DNA of 64,000 nt from the human T2T-CHM13v2.0 reference genome, Homo sapiens (GCF_009914755.1 NC_060928.1), one strand, 5' to 3'. Positions 1-27,221 are shown, counted from the first letter of the stretch. The notes: generated by a model not told the origin, from the letters alone. Numbers and translations are program-made.

Positions 1-881
1 CTCACCAAAATCTTAACTATGTGAATATAAAGAAACATGCTACTAGAGAATTCTTGAATCAAAGAGGAACTCAAACTGGAAATTATATCAAGAGAGCAAT
101 AAATAGGAGCACCCTAATTTTGAAAAACAGTGGGAGTCAGAAGAAAATTTTTAGCCGTGACTTCATTTTTAAGGAAGAAAGACCAAACAAAAAAGGCTTT
201 ACAAAAACTACATTTTTTCCATGCTTTGGCTTTATACCTATAAAATCTAGAAACTGTAGAGAAAAATCAAAATAAATAATAAAAGTATTCCTAAATTAAT
301 ACCTTTTTTCTGTCTAGTAATAAACAATCAAAAATTGATATGGAAAAATATTTCATTCCCAATAGTGATAAAAACCTATTTTAGAAAACATAGAAGTAAA
401 TATAACAATATAGACACAGGATTATATGAGTAAAATTATAAAAACATATTAAAGTACATTAAAAATATATAAACAAATGGAAATAAATAACATTCTTGGA
501 CATAAAGACTACATTTAATAGAAATAAATTATCTCAATATTGATACATAGACTTTATGCAACCTCAGTTAGAATCCAAGTTGTTTTGTAGGTTACTGGTG
601 GTGGCAGGTGCAGTTAAAATCATCTTCAATTTCTAAAAAAGAATAACTATTTGAAGATGTTCAAGAAAAGTTTCTAAAAGAACATATTGGGAAAGTATTG
701 GTCTTACCAGACAACAAGATGTAGTATAAAACTATAATAATCAGCTTGGTAGAATAAAATAAATATGCCATATCTAGACACCAGTGCACATTAAAAAAAT
801 TTAATGTATGCCAATGATAGTCATTTAATTTTTTAGGAGACATAGGATTTTAATAAATGGCTCTGGTACAAGTAACCATAC

Positions 882-4896
<4,015 letters not shown>

Positions 4897-5923
4897 TTAT
4901 TTTTCCAATATAAAATTTAAAAATTAACATGAATTAAATAATTAAATGGGAAAATGAATAATACAAATCTTGTAAGAAGGCCTAGGAGACCTAACAACAG
5001 TCTATAGATGATGAAGTGCTTATATACTTGGAGCTAAAACAGAACAAAAACCAATATATTTTTAATAAAAATGAAGTAACAATGGATTTAAAGAAGATAA
5101 TTACAACATATATTAAGACAAAGTGGTAGCTATACTAAAAATGGAGAAGTAAAAGACAGAAAAGTCAGCAAGAAATATGTATGGGAAACCTAGGTATCTC
5201 ACAAATATGAAAAGATGGTCGAATTTACTGGTAGTGAAATACAGATTAAAGTAACAATGAATATTATTGCACACTTACCAAGCTGGCAAAGGTGTAATAA
5301 ATAGCGCTCTCTCCAAAGTGGAAATTGTTGCCACTGCTTTTCTAAAAGCAGCTTAGAAATACGTGTTGAAATTTTAAAATTAATGCATATGCTTTGATTT
5401 AATACCCCTTCAGGGAATCTATCCTATGTAAATCAAGCTTGTAGTATACAATGACATGTTATAAGAAAGTCTATTGTACTCTTATTAATAGTGGGAAAAG
5501 AATAAATAAATAGATGAAAGCATAACAAATGACCATCAATTGGAGAATTATGGTATAAATTATGCCATAGTCATGCTATATGATATTTATTAAGAAGAAG
5601 AAATCAGAGCTAAATAGTTGAAGTGATATTCATGACATCTATATTGTTGTGTAAAATATATAAGATGGGTGGTTATACAGGTATTCACATATAATAATTT
5701 TTATAAAAGAAAAGAAAAAATATATGCATCTTATAGTCAATAAATGTCTGTATGTGATTCTATGAACATATAGAAATGAAGAAGTGGAAGGATACATACT
5801 AAGTTGTTATGAATGAGAGAATATATGTGGGGTGGAGGAGGCAGGTTATGAGTGTGAGGAGAAGGAAAAGGGAGAACCAAAAATGCAAAGAAAGGTTGTA
5901 CTTGAAATAATAATCTGCTTATG

Positions 5924-6526
5924 ATTATGGCCTCTAGCTGCATCCACATTGTTGCAAAGGACAGTTCTTTTTTATGGCTGGGTAGTATTCTATGGTGTGT
6001 ATGAACCATATCGTCTTTATCCAATCACCATTCCTGGGAAGGCAGGTTGATTCTATGTATTTGCTATTGTGAATAGCACAGCAAAGAACATACGAGTGCA
6101 TGTGTCTTTTTGGTATAAGGATCCATTTCCTTTGGGTATATACCCAGTAATGGGCTACTGGGTCAAATGGTAGTTCTGGTTTAAGTTCTCTGAGAAATCT
6201 CCAAACTTCTTTCCATAGTGGCTGAACTAATTTACGTTCCCACCAAGAGTGTATAAGCATTGCCTTTCTCTTCAGCCTTGCCAGCATCTGTTTTAATATC
6301 TCATGTCATCATTTATAAATGGGAACTAACCATTGAGCACAATGGATGTAAACACGGGAACAATAAACACTGCAGACTACCAGAAGGGGAGAGGGAGAGA
6401 AAGGGGAATGGGTTGCAAAAGTGCCTATTGGGTACTATGCTTACTACGTGGTTGCAATATACCCATATAACAAACCTGCACATGTACCCCCTGTGCCTAA
6501 AATAAAAGCTGAAATTAAAAAAATCA
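5924..6526 (+). mobile_element. Older L1PA/PB 3' fragment with 5' inversion (twin priming)
   Basis: 5924-~6292 is antisense L1. ~6297-6526 is a sense L1 3'UTR ending in aataaa and an A-tail. Degenerate TSD aatctgc(a)ttatg at 5912-5923 and 6527-6539. Confidence 0.8.
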
Positions 6527-6849
6527 AATCTGCATTATGCATTAATGTAAAAGTATTTTTATATATATATACAAATAAAAGTTAAAGTTTAAAAAATAGA
6601 AAACAAGAACGTACTGCTTAATGCAGATCTCCCAAGAGAACTTCCGATTGAAGGCAGAACATGGCGTAAGTCCACCTGGGATCCCAGCTACTGGGCCCAC
6701 CCTCAGGCTTGTTCCTGTCTCATTCCCTTTTTCTAACTATTTTAGTTTCAACATAACCTGGTTTGAATTTCCACAGATGGGTAGGAGACAGAAGAACCTC
6801 CAGGAAGTTGGAAATGGTATGAATACAAAAAGACATAAAGTGCTTCATG

Positions 6850-7000
6850 ATTTTGGAGTTTCCTTTTGGGATGATGAAATGTTTTAGAACTACATAGAGG
6901 TGATGATTGCACAACATTGTGAATGTACTAAATGCCAATGAGTTGCACACTTTTCAAAAGTTAATTTCTGTTAAGTAAATTTTATCTTAATTTTTAAAAG
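6850..7000 (+). mobile_element. L1MB-type 3' end fragment
   Basis: 'ggagtttccttttgggatgatgaaatgttttagaacta...gcacaacattgtgaatgtactaaatgcca' is a typical L1MB 3'UTR. Confidence 0.65.
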
Positions 7001-10000
7001 GCATGAGGAATGTTACAGACATATATATATTCTGGGGTGCCATTTTCTGAATGTAGTTCAAGAGTCACAGCCACTTGGAGGCTTATGCCAAGCATATGGA
7101 CACAGATGTGAGGTCATCTGTTTTAATTGTATCCTTATTTACCTTTGAAATACAGTTCTTCCATCTCCCAAAGAAGATGCTATCCAAAGATTGCTCACAT
7201 TCATTGACATGAACTGAGGGCCAGTGACTAAAATGGACCCATTTGTGATTCTGGACTAATATTTCCCACAATTTCATCCATATCATTCAAAACTATACCA
7301 TCTGGGAAAATAAGACTATATATTCTCAACTATAAATCTTGGGAGACCCTACATGCCAGGAACTAGGAATCATGCAACCGGGATGTATCAACCTTCAGAA
7401 GCAACATACCCCCTCTGGGTCTCAGTCTCAAATAGTACTTGGTCACCTGAATAAATGTTTAGCCTATTAGAGTAAAAAATGTACAGACTACTAGATTAAC
7501 TAATTAACCTTGTCTGATGCAATTTGCAGTCAGATATCTGTGCTGGCCCTCCCTCCTGGCCATTTTCTTCTTAGCAAAAACAGCACAGGGTCCATGCATT
7601 AAGGTCCTGGCTTTGGTCTCTATTTTATCTCATCACCAAATTCAGGGGCACAGACATCATCAACTGACTCCTCCACCCGAGACCCAGTCTCTTCCTCTCT
7701 CTGCCTGTGTGCACAGGACTGGCACCATGGGAAGCTCTCTGGAACTTAGGTCTTCTAGTTCAAGATTTGTGTGCCGGCACTCCTGGTGCTCAGATATCCC
7801 ATGGAGTATCCTTTGGGAATAAGTACAAAGTTCAGAGGTGTGTGTGTGTGTGTCCAGTGTGTGACAAAGAGTTCATACTCATGAACACTGATGCTTTACC
7901 AAAATGACTAGGATTCTAATACACTAAAGAATAAACTCCCCATAGCACCTGTAGAAATTTATGCTCAGAATTATCATCTTCCATCTATATAGACTCCTTA
8001 GCTATCTTATTTCAGACTAGAACCCACATTTTTATTTACAAACTCTTTTCTACCCACTGAAATTCAATGCCATTAGCTGACCATTCTTAAACCAATAACC
8101 AGAGATAAATGATTGCCTCCCAGAATAGTATCTTCAGCACTACTCACCTACTAGCCAACTGGATAGTCTTCCTTCCCACCACTGAATTAACATAAAATTA
8201 ATCCATCTACTCCTACACAAGCACTACAGTTGCCATCAAGATACTTCCTGGTTCCCAATTTCTACCCGTTATCTCCAACACAGATGATTTTCCTGGGAAA
8301 TTCCTTGTTACACATCAATTTACTACAGTAACATTCAGCAAGACAAAGTACCTTGTGCATGTTAATTACAAGGGGAAAGCTAGTGCAAATGGAAAATTAA
8401 ATACATTTTATTGATCTCTTCATTCCAGTCCCTGGATTTTCCTCTTTTCCCCACTGTTTTTGTCCCTTTGAACTCCCTAATACAATTTTGATTATATTAG
8501 TTGAAACGCTTTCTTGCCATACCTTGTACGCCTTTGCTTCTGTTTGCTTTCACCACATTCAGTCTACATCCTGCCAATTCTACAACCATTTATACCATCT
8601 GGCTTCTTCATCCCTACATCTGGGTTTCTGGGTGCTTCTGGAAAAAGTAACACAAAAGCACAGATTTATGTCATTACTACTAATAAGAGTTTATCTCTGG
8701 CTCATTTCCAGTGTTGGAATTGAAGGTGAGATCTTGGCCGAAAAGGTGCATCTAAACTGAGGTTAAGGAAGAGCAGAAATCAAGACCCCTATGAAGGAAG
8801 GTAGTTTGTAGAGAAGAGACTAGGACAGGAAAGAGCAGAGAGATCACATGGAAAGAGAGACAGAGAGGCTGCCTCTGACATTCCAGTTTCATTATATTGC
8901 TCTAGTTGAGTTCCCATTTCTTGAGATATCTTGAGAGGATTTTTGTTCCCTGAAAACAAATGATTCCTCACTAAATACGGCCTACGCTTCCAGATAGCTT
9001 GGTTTCCACACTTGCCAGTCTGGCCATGCCCAAATTCACCCTGCTGGAAAATACAGTCTCCATTGGCTACCATTTTCTCAACTAACTCATGCGTTTGCAT
9101 TGTGATATAACTTTTGAATTTTGTATTTAAATGTGTAAATGTTTTAAATGTGTGAGTATTTCCTCCTTGGATTGCAAGTTTCAGATTGTATTCTTCATTT
9201 CTTTTTATAACCTTGGATCCCATAACTTTATGATCATGTGTAGATGATCTCTAGATACTTGTTGAATGAACAAACAAGTAAGTAAATATCTCATTCTTCA
9301 GTAGTCTCTGGAAAGATGATAATAGCAAGAAGCTCTGGAGTCTTTGAGCACTCAGAAAGAGCCAGCAATAAGAGATGGGGAAGCCCTAATAGCAGAAATA
9401 CTGAATACTGGTGGTGTGTCCTCTTCAAGGAGGACTAGGAGAATGGGCCAACAGAGTGAGCCACTCCCGAGGCCCAAACACAAGGCAGACAGGACTGGTG
9501 TTCCCGCACTCCAGGTGTCCCCCTTCTGACCTCTCGTTGACATTCAGAGGGTACCGAAATAGAATTTAGCAGAAACGTCTAATTATATTTACATTTTAAA
9601 GATGGGGGAAGTATATTAGCAGAGTCAAACATTGTTTTACCAGTAACCTTAATAGCTGCCATCTAAAAGGCATCACATTCATTTATTCTGTTTTTGTTTG
9701 CTTTGTTTATTTCTGGAACTGTGGTTTCTCTTTAGAATAGATTCAGGTGGAAACATGTGAATACTTCTGAGTTATTAAAACAACCACCACAGTCTTCACA
9801 TTCAAATGTGGCAAATATAGAAGGTGACTTCTATTTCTCCAAGCTGTGAAAATAGTATCTGGGGGAGAAAAGAAGAGGAAAGAAGCCTCTACGCACTTGC
9901 GAGAATGCCTAAAAGTGGTCCAACCCTTTGCTCTTAAAAGTATTGGCATCTAAAGAGAAACTTTCACGGAGCCACACCTTCATCTGGCTAAATATATGGT

Positions 10001-10769
10001 TTTAAGACACTAAGCTACTCATTTACAGGTTTCTGCTTAAAATTTCAACCACATGTTAAGCACAAAACGGTGGTTCCTGAGTTAACAAGTTGCCACCAAA
10101 GAAAATATTGCTCCGTGGGGTGTTCCTCTTGAGATGCTTAGAAACATCAGGTTGTAGTGATTCCCCCCACCCACAAAGTGACCCTTTGGATTTGAAAGGC
10201 ATTGGTTTGCTAATGATCGGTTTCAGGCTGCAGTGTTCCACAAACTGTTTTGTTCTTTTTCTATGGTCTGTGAATGATACTCCTCAAGGAATGGTAGCTG
10301 ATACGTTTTTCATTTTCCTCCCTAATTTTCTCACTATAATATTTAATTAGCCAAAAGGCAGCATATTTATAGAAATAATAAAACAGAGCAGAAAGTGTTT
10401 TAATTATATGAATAATGTGGTATATTTAGAAATATATACATATATATTTAAAGAATACTTTGTACAGTTATTTTTCCCTAGGATATGATTAAAGTAAGCT
10501 TAAGCATATGTGTAAGATGAACAGAGTCTAGAGATCTAATATAAAACACGAGGACTAAGAGTAATAAAATTGTACTGTATTTGCAATTCATGCTTTAAAA
10601 AAGAAAGTGAACTGACATATAAACAACCAATTCTTTGAGATGTCCCAAGATAAAAGAAATACACGTATGCAAAAATTTGAAAGTAACGTTTAATGTTACA
10701 TTTAAGTAATTTAATATCCAAGAAGCAAAATATATTGAGGATCTACAATAGCAAATACTCTATATGCAC

Positions 10770-10850
10770 TAACTTATTTCTCCTAAAGACCTTAAAATAG
10801 GTATCATCATCCCCATTTTACGAATGCAGAAAGTAAGGCTCAGAGAAGCA
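10770..10850. mobile_element. MIR fragment
   Basis: MIR core 'atcatccccattttacgaatgcagaaagtaaggctcagagaag'. Confidence 0.6.
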
Positions 10851-11944
10851 AAAATGAGTATTAATTCTAATGAAAAATGTGCAAATAGGTCAACGGGTTT
10901 CTAATTTTGCCATTTCCTCTTTCAGCATGACTTAAAGGTGACAATGCAGTGAAAATTAGTGATGCAACATTTTGAATGACAAGACTAATGCTGTCTAGTC
11001 CATTTTGGTTTCCAAATTCCTTAATAAAATTCCAAACCAGAAGCCAATGAAGGCTTCGCTCCAGGAGAACAAAGGAAATGGTAATATACTCCAAAAAGCT
11101 ATAGAACTATAAAAATTAACTATGACAAATAATGTGTGAGAAAAATGTTTTATAGCGCCATTCTGTAAATTGTGTTGTAGATAACAAAATTAAATATAAA
11201 AGTTAATTTAATTTAAATTGAGCATAGTATTGTGTTTTACTGTGATTAATAAAAGTTTCCAATTAACAAGTGCTATCAGTAAGAATTAGCCACCTAAATA
11301 AATAAAATGTAAATTCTTAGGGCCCAAGTTATTTCTCTTGGTTACACCTAGTATGTTTTATACACTTCCCATGCTGTCAAAAGTTAAAACAAGAAGTGAG
11401 ATCTTCATTCTCACACAAATTTGCAGCAGATATATTTTGCAAGCTCAAGCTACAGTTCTGGCAATGTTTTTCAGACCTCAGTGCAAGTATAAAGGAAATT
11501 TGCATATTTCAAAATTCATTTAACACACAAGGAATTTCGTTTAACTAAAGCAATTAAGGAGCTTCAATCTAACTTTCAATTGGAAGTGTTTAATCTGCAA
11601 TGCAATGAAATAATAAAAAAGACAAATATCAAGAAAAGAATCTAATGGAATTCCACAAATGCTTTCCAAATGATTAATGTGCTCAGTTAAAATTACCTGC
11701 TCATGGACTAATATCAATATTTGACAGAACCTATCAGTGTAAAAAGACATTTTCAAAGATGAAATACATAAAATCTAATTTCGTTAACAGATGTACATTT
11801 GCAATCAATTTTGGTGATAGAGAACACTAACTTTGAACATATTACAACCTCTAAAGGAAAGAAGTATATTCTTCATTTCAGAAAGTAAACAACAAAGGCA
11901 TTGACATTGATTTGGAGATTAAGAGATAATTTCTTGTTCTCAAT

Positions 11945-13942
<1,998 letters not shown>

Positions 13943-13999
13943 ATTTTTTAAGGTAATTTCTTATCCAGTCTGAAATCTTTGTTCTTGTTTGTTCTATAA

Positions 14000-15700
14000 T
14001 TGAAGTGATTAGTCTATTAATAAATAATATAACTACTAATACATCGGGTTTATAACTACCATTTTCCTGTTTTCTATTTGCCCCTCTTGTTCTGTTTTCC
14101 TAATTTTTTTCTTGCCCTCGCTTAAATCCATCATGTATTTTTTATCATTCCATTTTTATCATTCCATGTGCTAGTTACACATATCTAATATCTTCTAAGT
14201 GGTCACACAATGTGACTCCTTGACTTATTAAAATGTGAAATTTTTGCTCCTTACCATACAATATTAAGACCTTAGAATACTTTAATTCATTTATTTCTTG
14301 TTTATCTTTTGTAATGTGTACTTTATTCTATACATATTTTGGACTCTACAAGACATTACTAATATTATTGTTATTACAATGTATAGTCAATATTAGACTT
14401 ATTATATTTTATACTTTCTATTGCTCTTCATTGCTTCCTATATTTTCATGTTTCCATCTCGGCTCTTTATCCTTTTTCTTTTTTTAACTTTTATTGTAAG
14501 TTTAGTAGTATAAGTGCAGGTTGGTTACATAGATAAAGTTGGGTCATGGGGGTTTGTTGTGCAGATTATTTAATCACCCACTACCCATTAGTTACTTTTC
14601 CTGAACCTCCCCGTCCTCTCATCCTCCACCCTCCAATAGGCCCCAGTGCATGTTGTCCCTTTTCTGTGTCCATGCGTTCTCATCATTTAGCTCCCACTTA
14701 TAAGTGAGAACATGCAGTATTTGGTTTTCCATTCCTGTGTTAGTTTGCCAAAAACCTTATCCCTCTTCTTAAAGAACTTCCATTTTTTTAGTGCAGGCCC
14801 GATGGTGACAAATTCTCTCACTTTTTGTGTGTCTGGAATGTCTTTATTTCATCTTCACTTTTGAAGAATACTCCCTCTCAACAGAATTTGAAGTTAGCAG
14901 TTATTTTCTTTTAGTACTTTAAAGATAGATGCCATTTATTATTTCTGTAGTTGTTTCTATCATCACTGTTGAGAAATCATTGTCAGCCTTATTGCTGCTC
15001 CTAATTTATCTTTTATCCTCTGATTTTAGGATTATATCTTTGTCTTTGGCTTTCATGGTTTTACTATGATACATCTTGGTGAGGTTTTCTTTATATTTAA
15101 TATAGCTTGGAATTTGCATATTATTTGAATATGTGGCTTTATGTCTTGTCAGTTTGGGAATTTTATCAGCCATTTTTTCTTCAACTATTGCTTCTGCTTT
15201 ATTCTCCCTCTTCCTTTCCTTTCAGGACTTCAGCTACACACATGTAAGAAATTTCTATCAGTCTCCTATATACTTTTGTTCTTTCCTGCAGCCTATCGCT
15301 TTTTTTCATGGTATTTGAATCTAGTTACTTACTACAAATCTACATTCCTTTTCATGAATACTCTCTTCAACTGCAACCATTCTATTGTTAAACCCATCTA
15401 CTGAGATCTTAATTTTAGCTATTGTGTTTTTGGTTCTTGAGTTTTCATTTTATTCTTTTCTATATCTATTTGTCCTCTGATATAAAATTTTTTATATTTT
15501 CTTGAATATGTTAATAATAGTTGGTTTAAATCCATTCATTATGACTGCAATATCTGGGCCACTTATGAGTCTAGACCCATTCTCTAATCTTTCCCTTGGT
15601 CTTCCTTCTTGGGATGACTGGTACATTTGTTTAATTATTAGACATTGTTTGGGAAAAAATGTGGATGCTATAAATGCTATAGAGTAGGAGGCAAATGAGG
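14000..15700 (-). mobile_element. Decayed antisense L1M fragments with a nested L1PA-type 3' end at ~14478-14750
   Basis: T-rich L1-like sequence. The nested piece has a poly-T tail and 'catcatttagctcccacttataagtgagaacatgcagtatttgg'. Confidence 0.6.
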
Positions 15701-16388
15701 TAGTCAAATTGCTTAAGGAAAGAAGATTTATTCTGGATGTAGAAATTATAATGCACTTCATTCCTAGGCTAAACTGCCATTTTTGAGAGGTCTTTAGTGT
15801 TTGACTTCAAAATCCGAAATAATATAAAATTCTGCTCTGCTCTTCTTTTCTGTCAGTGCACACATCAGCGCGTCTCCAGACAGATTCACATTCTCTTTAG
15901 AGAAGAACATTCAGGTGGGTAATGGGCTCTGCAAGGTGAACACCCAGATCCTTCCTTCGGGACTGAGGCACTCATTTGCTCAGCTGTCGGGAGTGTTGCT
16001 TTCTGAGAGCTCATAGCTGAGTTCCTCTGCAGGAATTGCTGAAGGAAATGGCCTCACCCAAAATTACACTCACTACCAGGAGCAGCCCACATCCCAAGAG
16101 TGGTCAACCATTAGTACAAAGACTTCAACCCCTTGCCTTAATTCAGGGCAAGTCTCAAGGGACATTACTGCTTTGGAGCTCCCTGTGGAATCGGCTGAGG
16201 CCTGTGTTGCAACTGATTGACAGCTCACCTTCTCCATCTGCCCTCCTACTTCCCTCCTTCACTTCCTCCTGCTTCCCTCCTCCTCTTACAGGTATTATAT
16301 TACTCCTGAAAGCATTCTCCCATCTACATCCTATGTGGACATGTCCAACTGGGGAGGGGTGGGAGCATCCAGGTGGGGACATCAGCAC

Positions 16389-16685
16389 TTTTTTTTTTCT
16401 TTTTTTGAGATGGAGTCTTACTCTGTCACCTAGGCTGGAGTGCAGTGGCTCGATCTCGACTCAGTGCAATATCTGCTTCCCCAGTTCAAGCGATTCTCCT
16501 GCCTCAGCCTCCCGAGTAACTGAGACTACAGGTGTGCGCCACCACACCCAGCTAATTTTTGTATTTTTAGTAGAGATGGGTTTCACCATGTTGGCCAAGA
16601 TGGTCTCGATTTCCTGACCTTGTGATCCACCCGCCTCGGCCTCCCAAAGTGTTGGGATTACAGGTGTGAGCCACTGCACCCGGCC
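16389..16685 (-). mobile_element. AluS (Sc-like)
   Basis: Full dimeric Alu with poly-T tail; TSD-like tcagca(c/t)tttt on both sides. Confidence 0.92.
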
Positions 16686-17512
16686 TCAGCATTTTTTAAG
16701 TTTATTTCCACTAATCGTCCCATGGCCCACACCTGCTCTTCACGTCTTGATTTTGAACTCAGAGTTTCTTCAGGATTTCCCAAAAGGAATGCTGCTAATA
16801 CTTGTTTACTTTTTTTGTTTTCTATTCAAATAAATCCTATCTGATTTCAGTCCTCTAGGAATTCTTTAGAATTTTTGATCCACCAATGTCCCCTTTCCCC
16901 TCACATCAGACAGGTAATATGCCAACATGGTAATAAGGTTTGAGGAAGGCACATCTTGAGTGTAAAACACAGTCATCATTCTTACAAACCACAAAAGGAT
17001 CTGATGACACCTTTTTACAGTATCCTTTTTTGAAAAACTGCTTACATTTTAGTGAAATGTTACAAAGAAATAAAGAAGACAAATGTGCTCAGTCCATCAG
17101 CAGAGATCAATGTAATCAGGCTACTATCTTGAGTTAGAATCTACTTTTCCTGTGAATTTTTTCCTCCAAACTTTGAGGTTTTGTAGCAATACCAAAAGGA
17201 TCTACAGAGTTTCAGACAAACGGCTTATTATATACTTGAAGGTATTTTTTTTTTACATTTCATTTGACTGATGTTTTGAATTATGTTATCTTGAAAATAA
17301 AAAATGAAAAAAATTATGGTGTTCATATACTTATTTGTACTGTTCAATACTTTTGCAATGTCAAAATAAATATAATTCAATTATTTCCACAAAAAATGGC
17401 TATTAAGTTTCATGAGAAACTACATATTTATGTATACTCTCTAAATATTTATGTCTTTTTTTTTTTTTTTTACACAGAAGTTAGGGCCTGCGCAAATTGT
17501 TATATAACAATT

Positions 17513-23660
<6,148 letters not shown>

Positions 23661-24457
23661 AATTCAAAAGAAATGGAGGTCCTTAAACTGAGAGGCCTTT
23701 TATCGGGAAACAAACTCTGATACTACTTAATGTTACTGTGGGTTCAGTGACAGGCACAGCCATGTGCTATTTTATAAAGATTTGCATCTGTTCAAATTTT
23801 CTGAAAAGTAATTTGATAATCAATTTTAGAACTTAAAAATATGTGTGATTTCAGATGTAGTAATTCCATTTCTAGGAATCTTTACTAAGGAAATCGTCAG
23901 AAATTTAGTCAAAGATACACTTTTTTTAATGTAAACATACAACAATAGGAATAAAGAAATTATGATACATAGATGTGGAAGAATATTACGCAGCAATAAA
24001 AGATTAGGTTTTAAAATATTTTTAATAATCTAGAGAAGCCCTAGAGGTACTGCCAAATGTTACATGATTAGGGGAGGGTAAAGGGTGGGGGGAAAACAGG
24101 AATCAGAAAGGTACAGAGGGTATTTTAACTACATCTATAACTAAAAGACTGGAGGGGCACGCACCCAATCTTAACATCAGTTAGCTAAGTGGTAAGTTTA
24201 AGAATAATTTTAACTTTCTTTCTTGCCCTTCACTATATTTTCTCTTTTTCCCTCTAAAATTAGTAGTATCAATTGTCAGAAAATAATATATTTTAAAATT
24301 TAAGGAGGGCATAATAGCAAGTTTCAGTTGTATAAAAAGTCTGTGGAGGCAATGGATTTCTGGTTATATGACTAGAAATATGGATAAATCTGGAGCTGCC
24401 TACAAGTGAGTGAATAATTATCATTTCGATTTTTAAAAAATTTAAATTTAAATTTTC

Positions 24458-24752
<295 letters not shown>

Positions 24753-25752
24753 CAAATGTGTTCCTTTGATATTAATGGTCTCAGTTGGGCATTTGAGTAG
24801 ATCTGTAATCTACACAGCAGACAAGATATGCCTGGCCTCACTGGTTCCACCTAAAAATAGATGATATATGTTTTTTATTTGAAGAAAAACCAGATGCTTT
24901 AGATACCAGGGCCAACGATGCAGAAGACCGTGCTTTGCTATGAAATACCAAGGGTCTGACTTCTCTGGCCAGGGAATTCTGCCTCCTCATAGTGTTGATT
25001 ACGGGGCCCCTCGATTACAGTCAAGGCTTTTATGATAAGGAAACTTAGATTTGTTTGGATGATCAGAATTTTTTTTTAAATTCATAGAATGTGAGAGATG
25101 ACCATGGTCTTCAATGTCTGAGTCTAAGAGTCAACCAAATGCCAACCTTTAACATAAAAGAATCTCCTTGGAGAATGCTTAATTTCCAGGAGAACTGGGT
25201 CATAAAGTGTCCATTAAATGCAAAAATAAAACTCCAATGACCATTTTAGTTTAATCTTTGAGTTTAATACTATCTATCTTGATGTTAGGCACATTAAACA
25301 AATCTAACTATGTAGATTTTGGCATCATGAATATGTAAAAGTTTCTCCTGACAATAATTGACTCAGAGGTTTAACTACTTCTATGCGACTTCTGGATTGA
25401 GATAGCTAGGAATATGTCATCAGGAGAGAAGAGAATTTTCTGAAGTATTTTTCATCCGGTCATTACATATCCACATTAAGAAGTATTCAACATCTCTTCG
25501 TTTTGGGGTTAAATACCAACAAGTATGTAAATTATTATTACTTTTACTGTACCTTATATAAATCTACAGGACAAATTCCTCTAAGAGTTTAGATTGAAGT
25601 TTCTCTACCCTTCCAAAATGTTTGGCTTTTATCATTGCTAACACTGTTGTTGGTTCCCCCAGGAGCTATAATCAATGCTGGATTTACCCAACAGCTATGC
25701 TAAGCAGATACTTAACAATGCCAACAGAGTGAAGACACCAAAATCATTTTTT

Positions 25753-26182
25753 CTAATTTAATTTAATTTAATTTTAAGTTCTGGGATACATGCGCAGGAT
25801 GTGCAGGTTTGTTTTATAGGTAAAAGTGTACCATGGTGGTTTCCTGTACCTATCAAATCGTCACCTAGGTATTAAGCCCCACATGCATTAGCTATTTATC
25901 CTGATGCCCTCCAGGCCCCAGTGTGTGTAGTTCCCCTCCCTGTGTCCATGTGTTCTCATTTTTCAGCTCCCACTTATAAGTGAGAACATGTAGTGTCTGG
26001 TTTTCTGTTCCTGTGTTAGTTTGCTGAGGATAATGGCTTCCAGCTCCATCCATGTCCCTGCAAAGAACATGATCTTATTCCTTTTTATGGCTGCATAGTA
26101 TCCCATTGTGTATCTGTACCACATTTTCTTTATCCAGTATATTATTGATGGGCATTTGGGTTGATTCCATGCCTTTGCTAAT
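25753..26182 (-). mobile_element. 5'-truncated L1PA (about L1PA8-11) 3' end
   Basis: (TTTAA)n tail and L1 3'UTR; exact TSD caaaatcatttttt at 25739-25752 and 26183-26196. Confidence 0.9.
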
Positions 26183-26669
26183 CAAAATCATTTTTTAAGT
26201 GGTTTGCTATTTCAAATTTTGTTTAAAATGCATCAAATTAGACATTATGGAAAAATGTTTGTTGAAGTATCTTATAGTTAAAAAAATTTAAATATCACAT
26301 GGGAGGGTATCTTAATCTTTTCAGGGGTTCTACTACAAACTCTTTGCTCATATTTCCTTACTTTGGTTGTCATGAAGCACAGAATTAGCTTCAAAAGCTT
26401 CCTTTAATCTTAGTGAGAGATATCAATTTATGTTTGTACTTTCCTGTACCATGTCTAAAATATGACTGATTCCTTTTCAACATGTATCCTGGGGTTTTCC
26501 TGTGTGATTAGGGAGCAATTCAGATGCTAGACTAATGGGCTCTACTTGGAATAAGAAGATAGTTCTTGAGAAAAAAGGCCATGGGAGTCCTCCCATGAGT
26601 AGTTATTGAGGAAAAGAGAAGGAAACTAACATTCGTGGAATGCTTGCTATATGCCAGGTGCTGCTAAGT

Positions 26670-27075
26670 GACCACCAACTGTTCCCTCTTCTTCCTATAC
26701 TTACAGTGGCACCATATTTCCCAGCGTCCCTTGCAGTCAGTCAGCTGTTGCCAAGTGACTGAATTACAGCTGGTGGAAAATAAATGGAAATGATGTGTAC
26801 TGTTTTGGTCCTCCCCAAAATAAAATCTCCCAAAACATGATCCTATCTCTTTTCCTCCATCTGCTATTTGCATGTTTATGGCCAGTGTGACTTGGAAGCC
26901 CACAGGTTGAAGATGTCAGAACTCCATCTGCCTGACAATAGGACAGCCTGCCTGGCTGGCCTATAGCACGGTATGGAGAACAGCTACTAATCCTACCACC
27001 AGCCGGAAAAACGCAGATTGGACATTTATTTTTTAAGCCACTGACATTAGGGAGGTTATCCATTGGAGCATGTTT
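26670..27075. mobile_element. MLT1-type solo LTR (MaLR)
   Basis: 'catatttcccagcgtcccttgcagt' and 'ttttaagccactgacattagggagg' resemble MLT1 motifs. Boundaries approximate. Confidence 0.55.
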
Positions 27076-27221
27076 AATTTAGTGCATCAACTTTCTTTAT
27101 GTGGGCTCACCACAGAATCACCTACATAAAACAGACAAAAAAGTTTTTAAAATTTAAATCATCCCACTATCTATACAGTATGAACTAGTGCTCACATTGC
27201 AGTCTGAATGTATTTTGTCTA

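Noticed and set aside
16036-16617. 193-aa ORF as a novel gene
   Set aside because: Non-ATG start, low-complexity N-terminal half, and a C-terminal third that is antisense Alu translation.
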